Part shown: in pieces, positions 38,457 through 51,350 of the stretch
Layout of the letters: each line of letters starts with the position of its first letter
Numbering within the stretch: position 1 is the stretch's first letter
Assembly: GCF_032191835.1 (NCBI RefSeq)
Contig: NC_083224.1
Location: 22,568,001 to 22,632,000, forward strand
Direction: 5' to 3'
DNA length: 64,000 nucleotides
DNA from: Heteronotia binoei
Taxonomy: Eukaryota
The notes under the pieces: generated by a model
Seen by the model: the letters and a program-made list of their open reading frames with translations, nothing else
Told to the model about the DNA's origin: nothing
Database searches by the model: none
Made by a program: the position numbers and the translations under genes

Positions 38457-41234
38457 GGTCTTTATTATTTTTATTAATTTTAACTACAAAAAGCATAACC
38501 ACAAGTACAGCAACATCAAGAGGGAGGGGGAAATACAGAGTGGGAGATCAAAAACAAAGCTGTAAACATATCAGTTACATTTTTACCTCAAAACAAAATA
38601 CCTAATCCTTTCTACCTGCAAGTATTAAGTTTTCCCCTTATATTCTACCATCTTCATTTTCCATTGTACACTTTTTACTAAACTATTACTTAAAATACAA
38701 GTCTGAACTATTCTTCTTCAGCAAACATAGATATAAAAAAAAAATCACCAAGGTCTCAACACAGAACTAACTGGATAAGCTTAACCATATTAAAAATACA
38801 AGCTGATTTGTTATTTTAACAATGTCATCTAGATAGGCATAAAAACAAATATTTCTTTATCCTTCTAACTTACATATTTCAAACGGATAGAGAAAAAGAT
38901 CATATTTAAAATAATGTAAAAAGTGGAGAGATAGAAATATGGTAAACAAGGAGCATATTAGTTTATCTATCTCAGTATAAGCAATTTCTCCAAACAAACA
39001 TATTAAGAGCAGATCTACCAGATTACAAAATAATTGTGCTGTCTATTTTCTTAAAAACTAATCCAAGTTAACTGTTTATTTATCTAAATTTCTTTTCAGA
39101 ACTTTTCAATCCTTTAGCTCTTATATCCATATTAATCAGAGAGGAACAAACCTATTAGGTCCCAAAGATCTCACTTTGCCTTTTAAAATCACATATCTTG
39201 CTGAGAGTTCCATATTATCCAGTTACCTACAGAGAGGGAAAACAATTTAAAATCCCTTCTTCCTGAAGGTTTTCCACGTTTTGATTTTTTTGATGAAATG
39301 TGCATCCTCTCTCCTTAATGCAAGCACCCCTCTCAGTAACGATAGTAAAAATCCCACGCCATTAGATCCTCTCAAAAAACCTTCAAACAGCCTTAACTTC
39401 CGGTTCTTCTTAGTAACTGCGCCATAAGGTTCCATTTTAGTTTTCTTCTTTTCATTTCCCGACGGATCTTTTTCCATTTCCAACTCTACAGACATCACCA
39501 AGATCTCTTTGTCACTCTGCCCATGTAGATTCAAGTTTTCACTAGCTTTCAACATAAAAGCTCCCATTTGCTTTTTTATCAATTCTGTTAATAAAGCAAG
39601 GTCCTGCTTTAGAGAAAATATGATATCCATTGTATCTTTTTTATGAAACATTTTGCTTTGTGATGCCATTTTACTCCGCAGAATAACTCAGTCTAATAAT
39701 CAAAGTTGAAAAGTAACTCAGAGATCCAGTTAGTCTATCCTTCCAAATCTCCACCAGCTGTATATCTTGATTGTTGCCATTTCAGTTGCACTCAGATGAC
39801 AAATACCAATCTCTTTGGAATATATTTCATTTGTTCAGACCAAATTATAACCAAATAATAGTCTCTTTATCACTTATTCAATCATAATCCAGGTTGATTT
39901 AAACATCTGTATTCAGTCAAATTCAGATTGTTGCTGGCATTCAGAGTTGTTCTTTTTCTCTTTTGGATGCCGGATTCACAGGAAAGTGGGTGGGGGGGAA
40001 TTCACCTCTTTCCCTTCCTTTGAACTGACCCGTTTGTTGTTATGTAAAACGACCCATTAGTCGATAGTATGAAAAGCAAACTTACTTGCAGAGTAGAATT
40101 GCCATGTTTGAGGTAGGAAAGCAATGCATCAAAGGCTTGTTAGCAGAAAAGAAAGCAATTGGTCGGGTGTTCACCTCTTTCTGCCATAATGGTGATCATG
40201 TCCATGGAGTGTAGCAGGAAAACCCTATTTATACGTTACCAATTTCAAGCGGATCAATCACAGAGGCAGCGGAGGCAAAGTCAAGAAAACAGCTTTCTTT
40301 ATTTAACGTGCACATGGGCCCTGTACACGGGCTGCAGACCCGAGAGTCTGAGCCCCGATCACCGTTGGGCACGGTTTTTATACTATTTCTCAACACATAT
40401 GTTTACATTAATAGTGCTTCTATACACGTCCTGCACTGATGGCACAGGTTGTCCCACTTCCGCACCCTTTAGCACTGACCCACACTGTGGCTTGCTGTTT
40501 TGTTAGCACAGACCGTTAGCCACATGTTAACATGCTAGGTGGTTTCCTTGGTGGTGCCCATGTGGCATATAGTGTTGGGCTTACTGTAACTTCTGCTTTT
40601 CCTGATACCATTAGTGCTATTTTGTTAAGAAACACATTTAATCATACTTAACACTCCATTTAGGCCTACAGTCCGGTTATTAGTTAACAAGCTATGTTAT
40701 ATACTTACTACAATGGCTTTTGCTGCCTGTTTGGCTAGACATGCATGAATTACTTAGGCAGATACATATATATATATATCAGCTTTCACAGAGTCAGAAA
40801 AGGGGAAGTGAAAAGGAAACCCACAGGCCTTCAGCAGACATACAGCTTGGTTGCTAAGATGTCACAATCCATGTTCAATTAACCGCTAGCTAGTTCCTCT
40901 TTCAGCAGCTGCTACACACAAAAGCACACAGAGGCATTTTAAAAAGCATTTCTGTTTGCCTTATTGTCCCTACGTTGCCATCAGCCCCTAGCCCCCTTAA
41001 TATAAATTATTAATATCAATATTGTCTCCTGGCCTGTTGCTACAGGAGCACTGGAGCTCACAAGGACAGGAATATCCGCCACTGTATCCCTGCAAAAGCC
41101 CTATGCCAAAAGGAAACCCCTCCAGGGTCTCCCCTAGAGGTGCCAACAGCCTGATTCAGGGGGGCCGCAAGAGACAAGCTCCGCGGGCCCCCGCTGAGCT
41201 CAAGGCGACAGAACCCAGAAGTCTCTTAGATATC
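38457..41234 (-). mobile_element. Probable L1-mobilised non-autonomous element (~2.8 kb) with nested LTR
   Basis: Absent at the paralogous site in B and D; 14-bp near-TSD tcttagatatttct / tcttagatattgct; GC-rich 5' end (acttctgggtt...); A-rich 3' end on the minus strand; 140-aa ORF at 39247-39669. Confidence 0.5.
40210..40712 (-). mobile_element. Solo-LTR-like sequence
   Basis: tgtag...ctaca inverted ends; minus-strand AATAAA and TATA-like motifs; imperfect flanking duplication atggag/atggct. Confidence 0.4.
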
Positions 41235-41427
41235 TCTTAGATATTGCTACCTCTAGATAATTCACTAGACTGTTAAGAAAACCCAACCCTGGCTCTTCCC
41301 CTGTGGTTATAGCAGCTCTGATGATGAAGTCAGGGATGAGGAGTCTGGAAGTGGGTCAGGATCCATCTCTCCCCCCCCCCTCCAATTTCATTACTTCTTT
41401 TACCCCTCTCCCTTGATGTTGTTTCAG

Positions 41428-41530
41428 ATTTGGGGAGGATCTGTGAAGTTCTCGGAGGCAGAAGGAGCTTCATCAGAGGAAGGCCAGAGGGCGCAGGCCC
41501 AGGACCATGCCCAAGATACCATGTCAAGTG
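41428..41530 (+). CDS. Gene C linker exon (103 nt; 12-nt in-frame deletion)
   Basis: tttcag|ATTTGG...AAGTG|gtaagg. Confidence 0.8.
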
Positions 41531-42046
41531 GTAAGGGGGCCTCCTGCCCAGAGGGGATTGGGGCACTTGTTGGACAGAAGGTTCAGGTCAAGAGAAAAGG
41601 GAAATTTTTATGCAGACTACATAGAATTAAGTTTTGGGAAATAGTGCCATAGGATATCATGATGGCCTCTCCACTTTAAGGGGAGTATACAGATTCATGG
41701 AGAGCCTTTCCATTCTGATTTATATTAATGGAAATAGGCGTATCTCACCTTCCTTCCATTAGAAAGACTCAAGGTGACTCAAAAAAGAAAAGAAAGACAA
41801 ATAGGGGTGCAGCTATTAGCCAGATGAATCAGTGGAACCTGCAGGTTCTCCTGACCAGCATGGCCCAGACTAACCAAGGTCACCAGATCTTAGAAGCTAA
41901 AAATGGTCAGCCCTGATTACTTTTTGGATTAGGAGACCAGTGAAGAAATTAACGGTTTCTGTGTAGAGGCATACTGCCTGTCACTGTCTATGTCTCTTGC
42001 TTTGAAGAACTGGAGCCAGCAAAAGTCAACTATGACTTGACAGCAC

Positions 42047-42050
<4 letters not shown>

Positions 42051-42087
<37 letters not shown>
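42051..42087. repeat. (CA)n microsatellite
   Basis: Directly visible, about 18 units. Confidence 0.95.
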
Positions 42088-42089
<2 letters not shown>

Positions 42090-42474
42090 TTCTGGGACAG
42101 CAAATCTCAGAAAACCCATTGCCAGAGGCCAGTAATTCGGGCTCTGAGCTTAAAGACTTTTAAGGGGCATCGGGGTGGCAATACTCAGAAAGAGGACCCT
42201 GGATTAGGGAGGCCAGGCCCCACTTTGAGGGCGGAGCATGGGGTGGACATGGTGTATTGGCAGCATTTATAACCTCCCCCCCTCCCACAAGGTTCGTGGG
42301 TACCTGGGGCTTCTGTTCCACCTCTCCCACAATTTTATTACCAATTTTCTTGAGCATAAAGAAAACAAAGTTTCACAACCTTGGGAATGGGGATGCATAA
42401 GCAAGATTGAGACAAGGAAACAAAATAGAAATTTGGGGCTAAAATTCTTCCTTCCCATTTTGTCTCCCCTGCAG

Positions 42475-42545
42475 GCAGTGAAGAGATGTTATCAAGCTGT
42501 TTTCTTTGCAGAGAAGTGGAAATGCCTCCTAAACCTCTGGTCCAG
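42475..42545 (+). CDS. Gene C linker exon (71 nt)
   Basis: ctgcag|GCAGTG...GTCCAG|gtaggg. Confidence 0.8.
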
Positions 42546-42751
42546 GTAGGGGGGGATGAATGGGGGATAGTCAGGGACCTCCCTCCTTTCTCAGGGAAGC
42601 TTTTGCTCCTGTCTGAGGAAGAGAGGCTCTGAACAGCACTGCCTTTACACATACCCAGCTCTGCATCCTGCACCCTCACAAACTACCCCTATTGAGAGTG
42701 TAGTCTCTGTGTGTCATGATCTGTGATGAGGGAATCTCTTTTTTCTTTCAG

Positions 42752-42878
42752 TCTTCATTTTCCTTTGAGGAGGTGACCGTGTATTTCACTGTGGCAGAAT
42801 GGGACCTGCTGGATCCGGGCCAAAAAGCTCTCTACAGGGAAGTCATGCTGGAGAACTATGGGAGCATGGCTTTTCTGG
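42752..42878 (+). CDS. Gene C KRAB-A exon (127 nt)
   Basis: [43 protein letters not shown]. Confidence 0.92.
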
Positions 42879-44017
42879 GTAAGGATCTTTCATAAGTGCT
42901 AAAGGTGCGAATCGCTGCCATTGGGATGATGCGTGACTCAACATCAATATATGTTTTTGAGGCCAGGGCAGCTAATTGCCTTGAGAAGTTGGGGTGGCCA
43001 TGGCCGAGTAGAGAGATACAAGCCACCCCACTGATCCAGGGGCAGCTGAGGCCATTGTTGTGGCCGTCACCCAATTAGATAAATTTGACGTTGAGACAGT
43101 CTTGAAAGAAAAAAGCCCACAACCCTAATCATACTACGTGAGATGGATCTTTTCCAAATTACAATCAGAGTAGATGGCCATAACCCCATCTGGGGAAAGT
43201 GATGTTGTAAAGGGGTTATGGCCATCTACTCTGATTGTAATTTGGAAAAGATCCATCTCACGTAGTATGATTAGGGTTGTGGGCTTTGATCTAGACCAGT
43301 GTTTCTCAACCTTTTTTCTGACCATGGCCCCTTTCCGTCCTTGTTTTCATCCTGTGGCACTCCTGTCCTAGCGGTATAAAGGTAGCTAAGGTGTTTGTGA
43401 GTTTCCTGCATTGTGAGTTTCCTGCACTGTTTCAGTGCTTCTAGGAAAGGCAGAAATGCCTGGATGATTCAGAAACTGCTTAGGCCCTGCTAATGTGTAG
43501 AGAATGGCTCAGAGATAGCAAGAAAATGCTTCTGAGCTTGAGAAATGGTGGCCCTACACTGCAGGGCTGGTTTTCTCATTCGTCATCATCTGCCGCCCAA
43601 CACTTCTTCCAAAAACCATGGGGGGTCTTCCTCTCCACTGTGCATTTCACTTGGTTAGAGCTACAGAAATAGTATAGGGAGAGGGCTAAAACCCAGCTCC
43701 TCCTGGCTCTCTTCACAGCTAGAAGGAAACTCTCAGTGCAGTTGCAGGACTGGATATCATGATAACTTCTTGTATTTAATCGTCAAGTAAAACAAGAGCA
43801 GCAGGGGAATCATTCTTTGCCACTTCCCCCCTTGAAATTCATTTGGGGAGAGGAGGGATGGGCAGAATAGAAAAATAGCTCTGTAAAAGGGTCTATAACG
43901 TGTGAGCTTGGTATGAAAGAAGATCTTATAAGAGAAATGCAGACCCAAGAGTGAGGAGTTCTTGACTGGTGGCTGGGCTTCTTGCAGGAGTGCTGATTGA
44001 AACTTTCTTTATTCCAG

Positions 44018-44143
44018 CAGCAGATGTAGAGGAGGCAGCTGGGGAATTCCAGGAGTTCTCTTTGGAAATAGTCAAGATTAAAGATGCCGAAGAAAACTTT
44101 GGAGATGGAGATGGACTGCAGAGGCAGGAGGAAAGCTGCCCAG
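44018..44143 (+). CDS. Gene C acidic cassette exon 1 (126 nt)
   Basis: tttattccag|CAGCAGAT...CCAG|gtaaga; phase 1-1; counterpart of 11798-11923. Confidence 0.6.
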
Positions 44144-44622
44144 GTAAGAGGAGGGATAAGACAAAAGAGCGGTTCTCCTTGACACCTCAGTCCATGAAGA
44201 AATAGTCAAAAAAGGAAGGAACAAATGTCTCCGTGTGAACCAGAGAATCCACTCAGGGAAAAGGGAAATGAAAATGTGGCATTTGCAAAGACCTTCAGTC
44301 AGAAAATAATCATTTTGCAGAGGCTGGTTCCCTTTGGAGAGCAATTATATAATTGCTTGGAGTACAGAAACAGCTTCCATCATAAAACAGCCCTTATTTC
44401 ACATCTTAGAAGTCACATAGGTGGGAAGCCATAAAATTATAAAAGTCCCAACCAAGCCCCTCTGATGCAGGAAGCTTACTGTATTTTCAAAGTGGATATA
44501 ATTGTATACTTCAGTGTACAACAGGAGGAAGGCACTGATATATTTGGAGCGGGAATGAAACTTCAGTAATAAATCAGACTTACTTCTGGCGATTCTAATG
44601 GAGATCACTCTCTTTATTCCAG

Positions 44623-44742
44623 CAGGAGATGTAGAGGAGACAGCTGGAGAATTCCAGGAGTTCTCTTTGGAAACAGTCAAGAATGAAGATGCTGAAGAAA
44701 GCTATGGAGATGGAGTGCAGTGGCAGGAGGAAAGCCATGCAG
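44623..44742 (+). CDS. Gene C acidic cassette exon 2 (120 nt)
   Basis: tttattccag|CAGGAGAT...GCAG|gtaaga; phase 1-1; tandem copy 605 bp downstream of cassette 1. Confidence 0.55.
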
Positions 44743-45219
44743 GTAAGAGGAAAGAGGCAGGAGGAAAGCCACGCAGGAAAGAGGAGGGATAAGCCCTTTC
44801 CTTGTGAAAGAGGGGTCCTCCCTGAAACCCCAGTCCATGTAGAATGGTCAGTCAACAAAAGAAGGAACAAAGGCCTCCGTGTGAACCAGAGAATCTACTG
44901 CAGGGAAAAGGGAAACGAAAGTGTGGGATTTGCAAACACCTTCAGTCCTTTCTCAGAAGCTAAGCAATTATATAATTGCTTGAAGTACAGAAACAGCTTC
45001 CATCATAAAACAGCCTTTACTCCACATCAAAGAAGTCACACAGGTGGGGAGGCATAAAAATGATAAAAGTCACAACCAAGCCCCTCTGATGCAGGAAGCT
45101 TATGGTACTTTCAAAATGGATATTATTGTACACTTCAGTGTAAAGCAGGTGGAAGGCACTGAAATACTTGGAGCATGAATGAAACTTCAGGAGACCTTCT
45201 TGTGTGGATTCTAACAAGA

Positions 45220-45250
<31 letters not shown>

Positions 45251-45257
45251 ATTTCAG

Positions 45258-46207
45258 CAGGAGATGATCAGAGGAATCAGGAGGGTGAGGAACTGTATCA
45301 TGTATCACCAGAAGAAGTCAAGGATGAAGATATGAGAAGGAACGCTGGGATTCAAAGCAGGCCTCAGAGGCAGAAAATCAGTTGCAGGGTGAAGAAGACC
45401 TTCAGACACAGTAGCAATCTTCACATGTTGGAGGAAACATACAAGTGTTTAGAATGTGGAATGAACTTCCCAGATCAAACCCAATATAATATACATTTTT
45501 CAAAGCATGGTGTAATGAAGGCTTGTAAATGCTTTCAATGTGGAAAGTACTTCAGATACAAATCACGACTCCTTGTGCACCAAAGGATCCACACAGAGGA
45601 GAAGCCTTTTGAATGCTCAGAGTGTGGGAAGAGATTCAGTTACAGTGGCAATCTCTACCATCATCTAAGAACCCACACAGGGGAGAAGCCTTTTGAATGC
45701 TCAGAATGTGGGAAGAGATTCAGTCAGAATGGCCATCTTCAAAAACATCAAAAAACCCACACAGGGGAGAAGCCTTTTGAATGCTCAAAGTGTGGAAAGA
45801 GATTCAGCCGCAATGACAGTCTTCAAAAGCATCAAAGAATCCACACAGGGGAGAAACCTTCTGAATGCTCAGAGTGTGGGAAGAAATTCAGCCGCAGTGA
45901 CTATCTTCAATGGCATCAAAGAATTCACACTGGGGAGAAGCCTTATCTATGCTCAGAATGTGGGAAGAGATTCCGTTACAGTTGCGCTCTTTACAAGCAT
46001 CAAAGAACCCACACAGGGGAGAAGCCTTTTCATTGCTCAGAATGTGGTAAGAGATTCAGTCAGAATGGCCATCTTCAAAAACATCAAAAAACCCACACAG
46101 TGGAGAAGCCTTTTGAATGCTCAGAGTGTGGGATGAGATTCAGCCGCTGTGGCAGTCTTCAAGGTCATCTAAGGACCCACACAGCGGAGAAGGCTTTTCA
46201 GTGCTAA
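45258..46207 (+). CDS. Gene C C2H2 zinc-finger exon
   Basis: (ct)n tttatttcag| acceptor in frame with ORF 45332-46207; 2+7 fingers; TAA inside a tenth finger. Confidence 0.93.
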
Positions 46208-46724
46208 AAGTGTGGGAAGAAATTCAGTCACAGTAGCACTCTTCAACAGCATCAAGGAATCCACAGAGGGCAGAAAGTTTCGGAATATAGATTCAGTCAG
46301 AGTACTTATCTTCAACTACATCTAAGAAGCCACACAAGTAAAAACCATGAAACTTCTTAGCCTATGGGTGTTGAGCTCATTTGTTACAATGATCTAACAG
46401 AAATGTCACTCTCTTCGGCCGGGCCATATGTGCCACACAATGCAAAAACAGGTACCAGAGATACAAACTTTAGACAAAACATAAACAAAGCCTATTAACT
46501 GTATTATTTTTCACTCAGTATATAAACTTACTTAAAGAATAAACAGTCTTACAGTATTTATTTTATTTAGCAGTCATTGATAACTGACCTCTCTTTCTCT
46601 GAATTACTGCATCAAAATCTGGAATCAGTGTCTGTGGTGTAGAAATCTTGAGTGTTCTGTTTACTTGTGTATCTGTAAGCTGAGAATGTACTTTTGATTT
46701 ATGGACATTTATTCTACTTTACTT

Positions 46725-47740
46725 TACTTTATTTTATTTATGTCCCAACCTCCCCGCTGAAGCAGGCTCAGTGGCTTACAAAATAAAACCACAACGAACA
46801 ATTAAAATCCACAACAATATTATAAAATTTAACATTCAATTATTAAAACAGTGAAAGCAATTTGGTGCTAGCATCCTTGATGTTTTATAGCAGGGGTGGC
46901 CAAGGGTAGCTCTCCAGATGTTTTTTGCCTACAACTCCCATCAGCCCCAGCCAGCATGGCCAATGGCTGGGGCTGATGGGAGTTGTAGGCAAAAAACATC
47001 TGGAGAGCTACCCTTGGCCACCCCTGTTATATAGTTTCAGTGGCGACAGTATTTCTTAAATTTTCCCTACAGTACAAAGGCTCAGTGTCAGTTAAAGGCC
47101 AACCAGAAGAGGCCAAACTAAAGACCACCAGAGAGAGAGACTTCTCAATAGCAGCCCCCTACTGTCTTACAAGCCTTGCGGAACTGGGCAAGGCCCCGCA
47201 TGGCCCTCACTTCCTCTGGCAGTTGGTTCCACCAGTAGGGGGCTGCTATCGAGAAGGCTCTCTCTCTGGTGGTCTTTAGTTTGGCCTCCCTCAGCCCGGG
47301 GATTGCTAATAGGTTTTGGAATCCAGATCTAAGTACCCTCTGGGGAATGTGTGGGGAGAGACGGCCCCTAAGGTAAGCAGGTCCTAGGCCTTAGGACTTT
47401 AAAGGAAATAACCAGCACCTTGTAGCGAATTTGGTATACTATTGGCAGCGAGTGCAGTTCCCACAGCCCCGGCTTTATGTGCTCCCACCTGGGAAGCCCC
47501 AATAGCAGCCTGGCCACCGCATTCTGCGCTAGCTGCAGTTTCCGGATTCGAGACAGGGGCAGCCCCAAGTAGAAGGCATTACAGTAGTCCAGTCTTAAGG
47601 TGACCATTGCATGGATTACAGTTGTCAGGTCGCTGCACTCAAGGAAGGGGACCAACTGCCTCACCCGCTTAAGATGGAAAAATGCAGATTTAGCAGTGGC
47701 TGCTATCTGGGCCTCTATTGTCAAGGCAGGCTCCAGTAGC
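46725..47740 (-). mobile_element. L2 LINE 3' portion
   Basis: Minus-strand AFFHLKRVRQL...LDYCNAFYLGLP...LHSLPIVYQIRYK; tail near 46730. Confidence 0.8.
46891..47026. mobile_element. hAT-type palindromic MITE nested in L2
   Basis: 136-bp near-perfect inverted repeat caggggtggccaa...ttggccacccctg; 8-bp TSD ttttatag/ttatatag. Confidence 0.85.
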
Positions 47741-48320
47741 ATCACTAAGCTTCTAGAATAGAGCTGTTCACAGAAGTACATTGTTGAAACATATATAGAA
47801 TTCTCAAAGCAAAAGTCTTAAGGTGGTGGGTACCGTAATTTAAACCCAAAAACTGATAAAATTTGCTAATGCCAAATTCAGAAAGCCTATCCTTCCGTAC
47901 AGCATCACGCTGCTCCCCCACCTATCTGCAGTTTGTAGGATCTTTTTATGGGTAGGCGAGGAGCAGTGTGAATGTCCATCTGTACTGACTCAATATATGT
48001 AATCCACCTTCAGAATGCCTCCCACTTTAGAAAAACTTCTCCTGTTCATTGATCTTCTTCCACTCCTCAGCAGAAGTAGCCCTCTTCCCACTCTGAAAAC
48101 ACATTTCCTAACTACACACGATCAGCAACATTTTTTCTCCACCACCCTGGAAGCGTTTTTCCTTGTGAAGCAGGGTTTCTTCCTCACTTACAGCGGTTCA
48201 TCCAAAATCATTTGCATGGAATATACAACTGGAACTGGAGCTATGGCCTTCAACAGTAGCTGAATGGACCACAAAAATCATGAATTCGCTATGAATTCAT
48301 CCGCCACCTGTCGATGACCA

Positions 48321-48446
48321 TATCATAGCTTGACTTCGCAAACGAAGATTTAAGAAGGGTGCAGTAGTCCATGTCTGCTGCAGGCTCGCTGGTGGCTGAC
48401 AAAACCAATGCGGGACAGGCAGATCTGGCCACAGTGGCTGCAGGGA
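48321..48446 (-). mobile_element. RTE-clade LINE 3' end (same family as 7473-7630)
   Basis: Near-identical to the 7473 copy; TSD atgacca; paralog B has the empty site near 32185. Confidence 0.75.
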
Positions 48447-49289
48447 ATGACCAGACCTCCTCAATCTGTCCTTTTCTCCCACCACCTCAGTGTGATTCAT
48501 CCACACCAATCCATTGTCCCCCAATTTCAAGTCTGCACCCACTCCTTTCCTCACAGTTAATTCCCACTTAGAGACCTGACCTTCCACAAAGACACATATG
48601 CACCCCACAGTGCTGATGTTCGAGCATGGCGGCTAACAACTAGGAGACCCAGGTTCATAAATCCAGCTCTGTTTTATAAGTTGCTGGGCGACTTTGGGCC
48701 AGTCACTAACTTCGCCTAACGTACCCTGCATGTTTCATTGGAGTCCTAGCACCTTCCTATTACTCCTTTGCTAGTGTAGGTAACCCCCAACTCACCCCTC
48801 AACTCAATCAACTTGGAACAAAAGTTAGAGGAAACCACTAGCGCGGAGTGCAAGAGGAGGTATGGACTTGGAAGCCCACCAGTTGAGAGGAAATAGTCTC
48901 GGCAGATGGAGCAAGAGGCCTCCTGGCAGAGCTCCTTCAAGGGACCCCAGTTGCCGTGGCTGCCCAGATTAACGAAGAGTAAGAGCTGTAGTTTGGTTTT
49001 CCCACTTTCCAAAGCAGCACCGGGCGTTTCCCTTCCCGCAAATTACGCTTACAGGATGTGGAATCAATGACGCGGTGATTGAACTATGCTTAGGTGCCAA
49101 AAAAACCCACAAACATCCCACTGTAGAAAAAGAGCCAGGGGTGGAAGGCAAGCCTTGGGGCAGGAATTATCTCCTTTGGGCTGTCATTTGCAAGGATCTC
49201 TGATGGAAGGGAGACATTTCCCTTTGCATCCTCAGGGTTTGCAAATGGGATGGGTGTTCCTGGGGTGGGCGCGAAGAGCTCAAGGCTAG

Positions 49290-49916
49290 CAATGCTCCCT
49301 CTAAGCTGTGGAGTCTTGTGAGCAAAAATAATATTTTGTGAGCTACTGGTATTAAAGTTAGATCCACATGGGCAGCTGTGTTGGTCTGAAGCAGTAGAAC
49401 AAAGTAGGAATCAAGTGCACCTTCTACGACCAACAACCTTTTATGCGGAACATAAGCTTTTGTGTGCTCCAAGCACACTTCATCAGACGAATCAGGTACA
49501 GTGAGCAGGGCTATATATTATATATAGCTAGTAGGTAGTGGTTTAGAATGCAAAATGGTACAAATTTAAGATCCAATGACAGAACAGTAAAATTAAACTA
49601 TTCTGTCACTGGATCTTAAATGTGTACCATTTTGCATTCTAAACCACTGCCTACCAGCTATATATAATATATAGCCCTGCTCACTGTACCCGATTCCTCG
49701 TCTGATGAAGTGTGCTTGGAGCACACAAACGCTTACGTTCTGAATAAAAGTTTGTTGGTCTTAATGGTGCACTTGACTCCTACTTGGCATTAAAGTTGTG
49801 AGCTACTGCATCGATTAGTTTTCTCTGGAGCCATTTTTCCTAAGACAAAAATGTGAGAGCCAGAGGTTAACAAACTGTGAGCTAGCTCACACTAACTCAG
49901 CTTAGAGGAAACACTG
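49290..49916. mobile_element. hAT MITE (family of 156-369) interrupted by a Penelope palindrome
   Basis: TIRs caatgctccctctaagctg ... cagcttagaggaaacactg. Confidence 0.8.
49360..49785. mobile_element. Penelope-derived inverted pLTR pair carrying two hammerhead relics
   Basis: Arms ~49402-49588 and ~49597-49785 are reverse complements; 12-bp TSD gg(t/c)attaaagtt. Confidence 0.8.
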
Positions 49917-50502
49917 GTCAAGAGCTCACTCATGAACTTAGGAAACCTCTCTGTTGCCAACTGAATGGAAAGGAGGAGGAAAAGTTGGCTGCTGACGGGA
50001 GGGGGAGAGTTGGATCTTAATGCGGGGGGGTGGGACCAGGCACATAGAGTGGAGGGGGGGTTACTGACACCCACCGGTGGTGGGCAGCAGCGGCGAGGTG
50101 GAGCAGAGAACAGTGTGGCAGCCCAATCACAGACCAGGGCAGCGCAGCAGGCAGTCAGCAACAGTAGCTTCCCTGCCCACACCGTCCGTCCATATTTCCT
50201 TCAAGCTTGTCAGCAACCACTGGATGACTTGATACTATCCGACTTGTGTGTCTCACTTAAGACTGGCTGTTTGACCCTGTTCAACAGCAGCCACCCTAGG
50301 GAAATCAGTGTGGTGTGTTAGTTAGAGCTTCAGAGAATGGTCTCAGGGACGCAGGTTTGAATCCCTATCTTACTGTAGAAGGTCACTGAGTGATTATAGG
50401 CTAATCACATAGTTTCAGTCTAACCTACTTTACAGGGTTGTTGTGAGGACAGAAAGGAGCAGAGAAGAATGATACAAGTTCATTTAGTCCTTACTGAGGG
50501 GG

Positions 50503-50661
50503 AAAAGGTAAAGGTAGTCTCCTGTGCAAACGCCAGTCGTTTCCAACTCTGGGGTGATGTCGCATCATGATGTTTTCAACTTTCAAGGCAGACTTTTTAG
50601 GGGGTGGTTTGTCATTGCCTTCCCCGGTCATCTACGCTTTCCCCCCAGCAAGCTGGGTACT
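50503..50661 (-). mobile_element. Sauria SINE fragment
   Basis: aaaaggtaaaggtag tail plus ggggtggtttgtcattgccttcccc...cagcaagctgggtact body, recognised from memory of the family. Confidence 0.65.
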
Positions 50662-50669
50662 TCCGGTTG

Positions 50670-51350
50670 GCCTTTAACTGATTCTGAGTCACCAAACTTA
50701 CCACCAATTCACTTATAATGTCCATAGCCAGAGATTTCAATGCAAAAATCAAGGATCCACTGCTTTCTGGTATTGCCAGAAATCCTTAGGATTTTTGTGT
50801 TGGTTCAGCCCAGACTCACTATCAATCACTTATCATCTCCATACCTGCGGATGACAACAAAAAAAATGATGGATCCACTGTTTCTTATCTTTGCCATGTC
50901 ACAATGACATGATTCTGAAGCAAGGATCATCATGAATCCGGAGTATTTTTTCCACCGAGTCATGTAAAATTCATCGCCTGGTTCCATGGCCCCAAGACGG
51001 CATCCCAAAACCCATGGATCTGCTACTCCGTGTTGCAGTCGCAGTGCAAAAAAGGGATTTCCAAACCATGGGTCATCATGGATCCTCAGGATCTTTGCAT
51101 TTGTTACCCACATATGCACTCTCCAATCACATATGATCTTCAATACCCACTGACAGCACCACAAAAAATCATGGATCCACTGCTTCATGGCACTGCTGTG
51201 GCACAAAAATGTGGTTTCGAAGCACAGATGCTCATGGATCCTCACAGTTTTTATGTTTGGTCACCCATATATTCATTTCTTCTCCCAAGGAAGGAAGGAT
51301 TTCCCTCTTCCCCCTGTGGGGCTGCTTGCAAAAAGTTTGTTTTTTGGGAC
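50670..51350. repeat. Degenerate tandem repeat region upstream of gene D (paralog of 33790-34430)
   Basis: Colinear with 33790-34430. Confidence 0.5.

Larger units (their letters stand above)
37304..46207 (+). other. Gene C: SCAN-KRAB-C2H2 zinc-finger gene, predicted 639 aa with both cassettes, 9 fingers
   Basis: Join 37304-37726, 41428-41530, 42475-42545, 42752-42878, 44018-44143, 44623-44742, 45258-46207 = 1920 nt, open. Confidence 0.82.
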
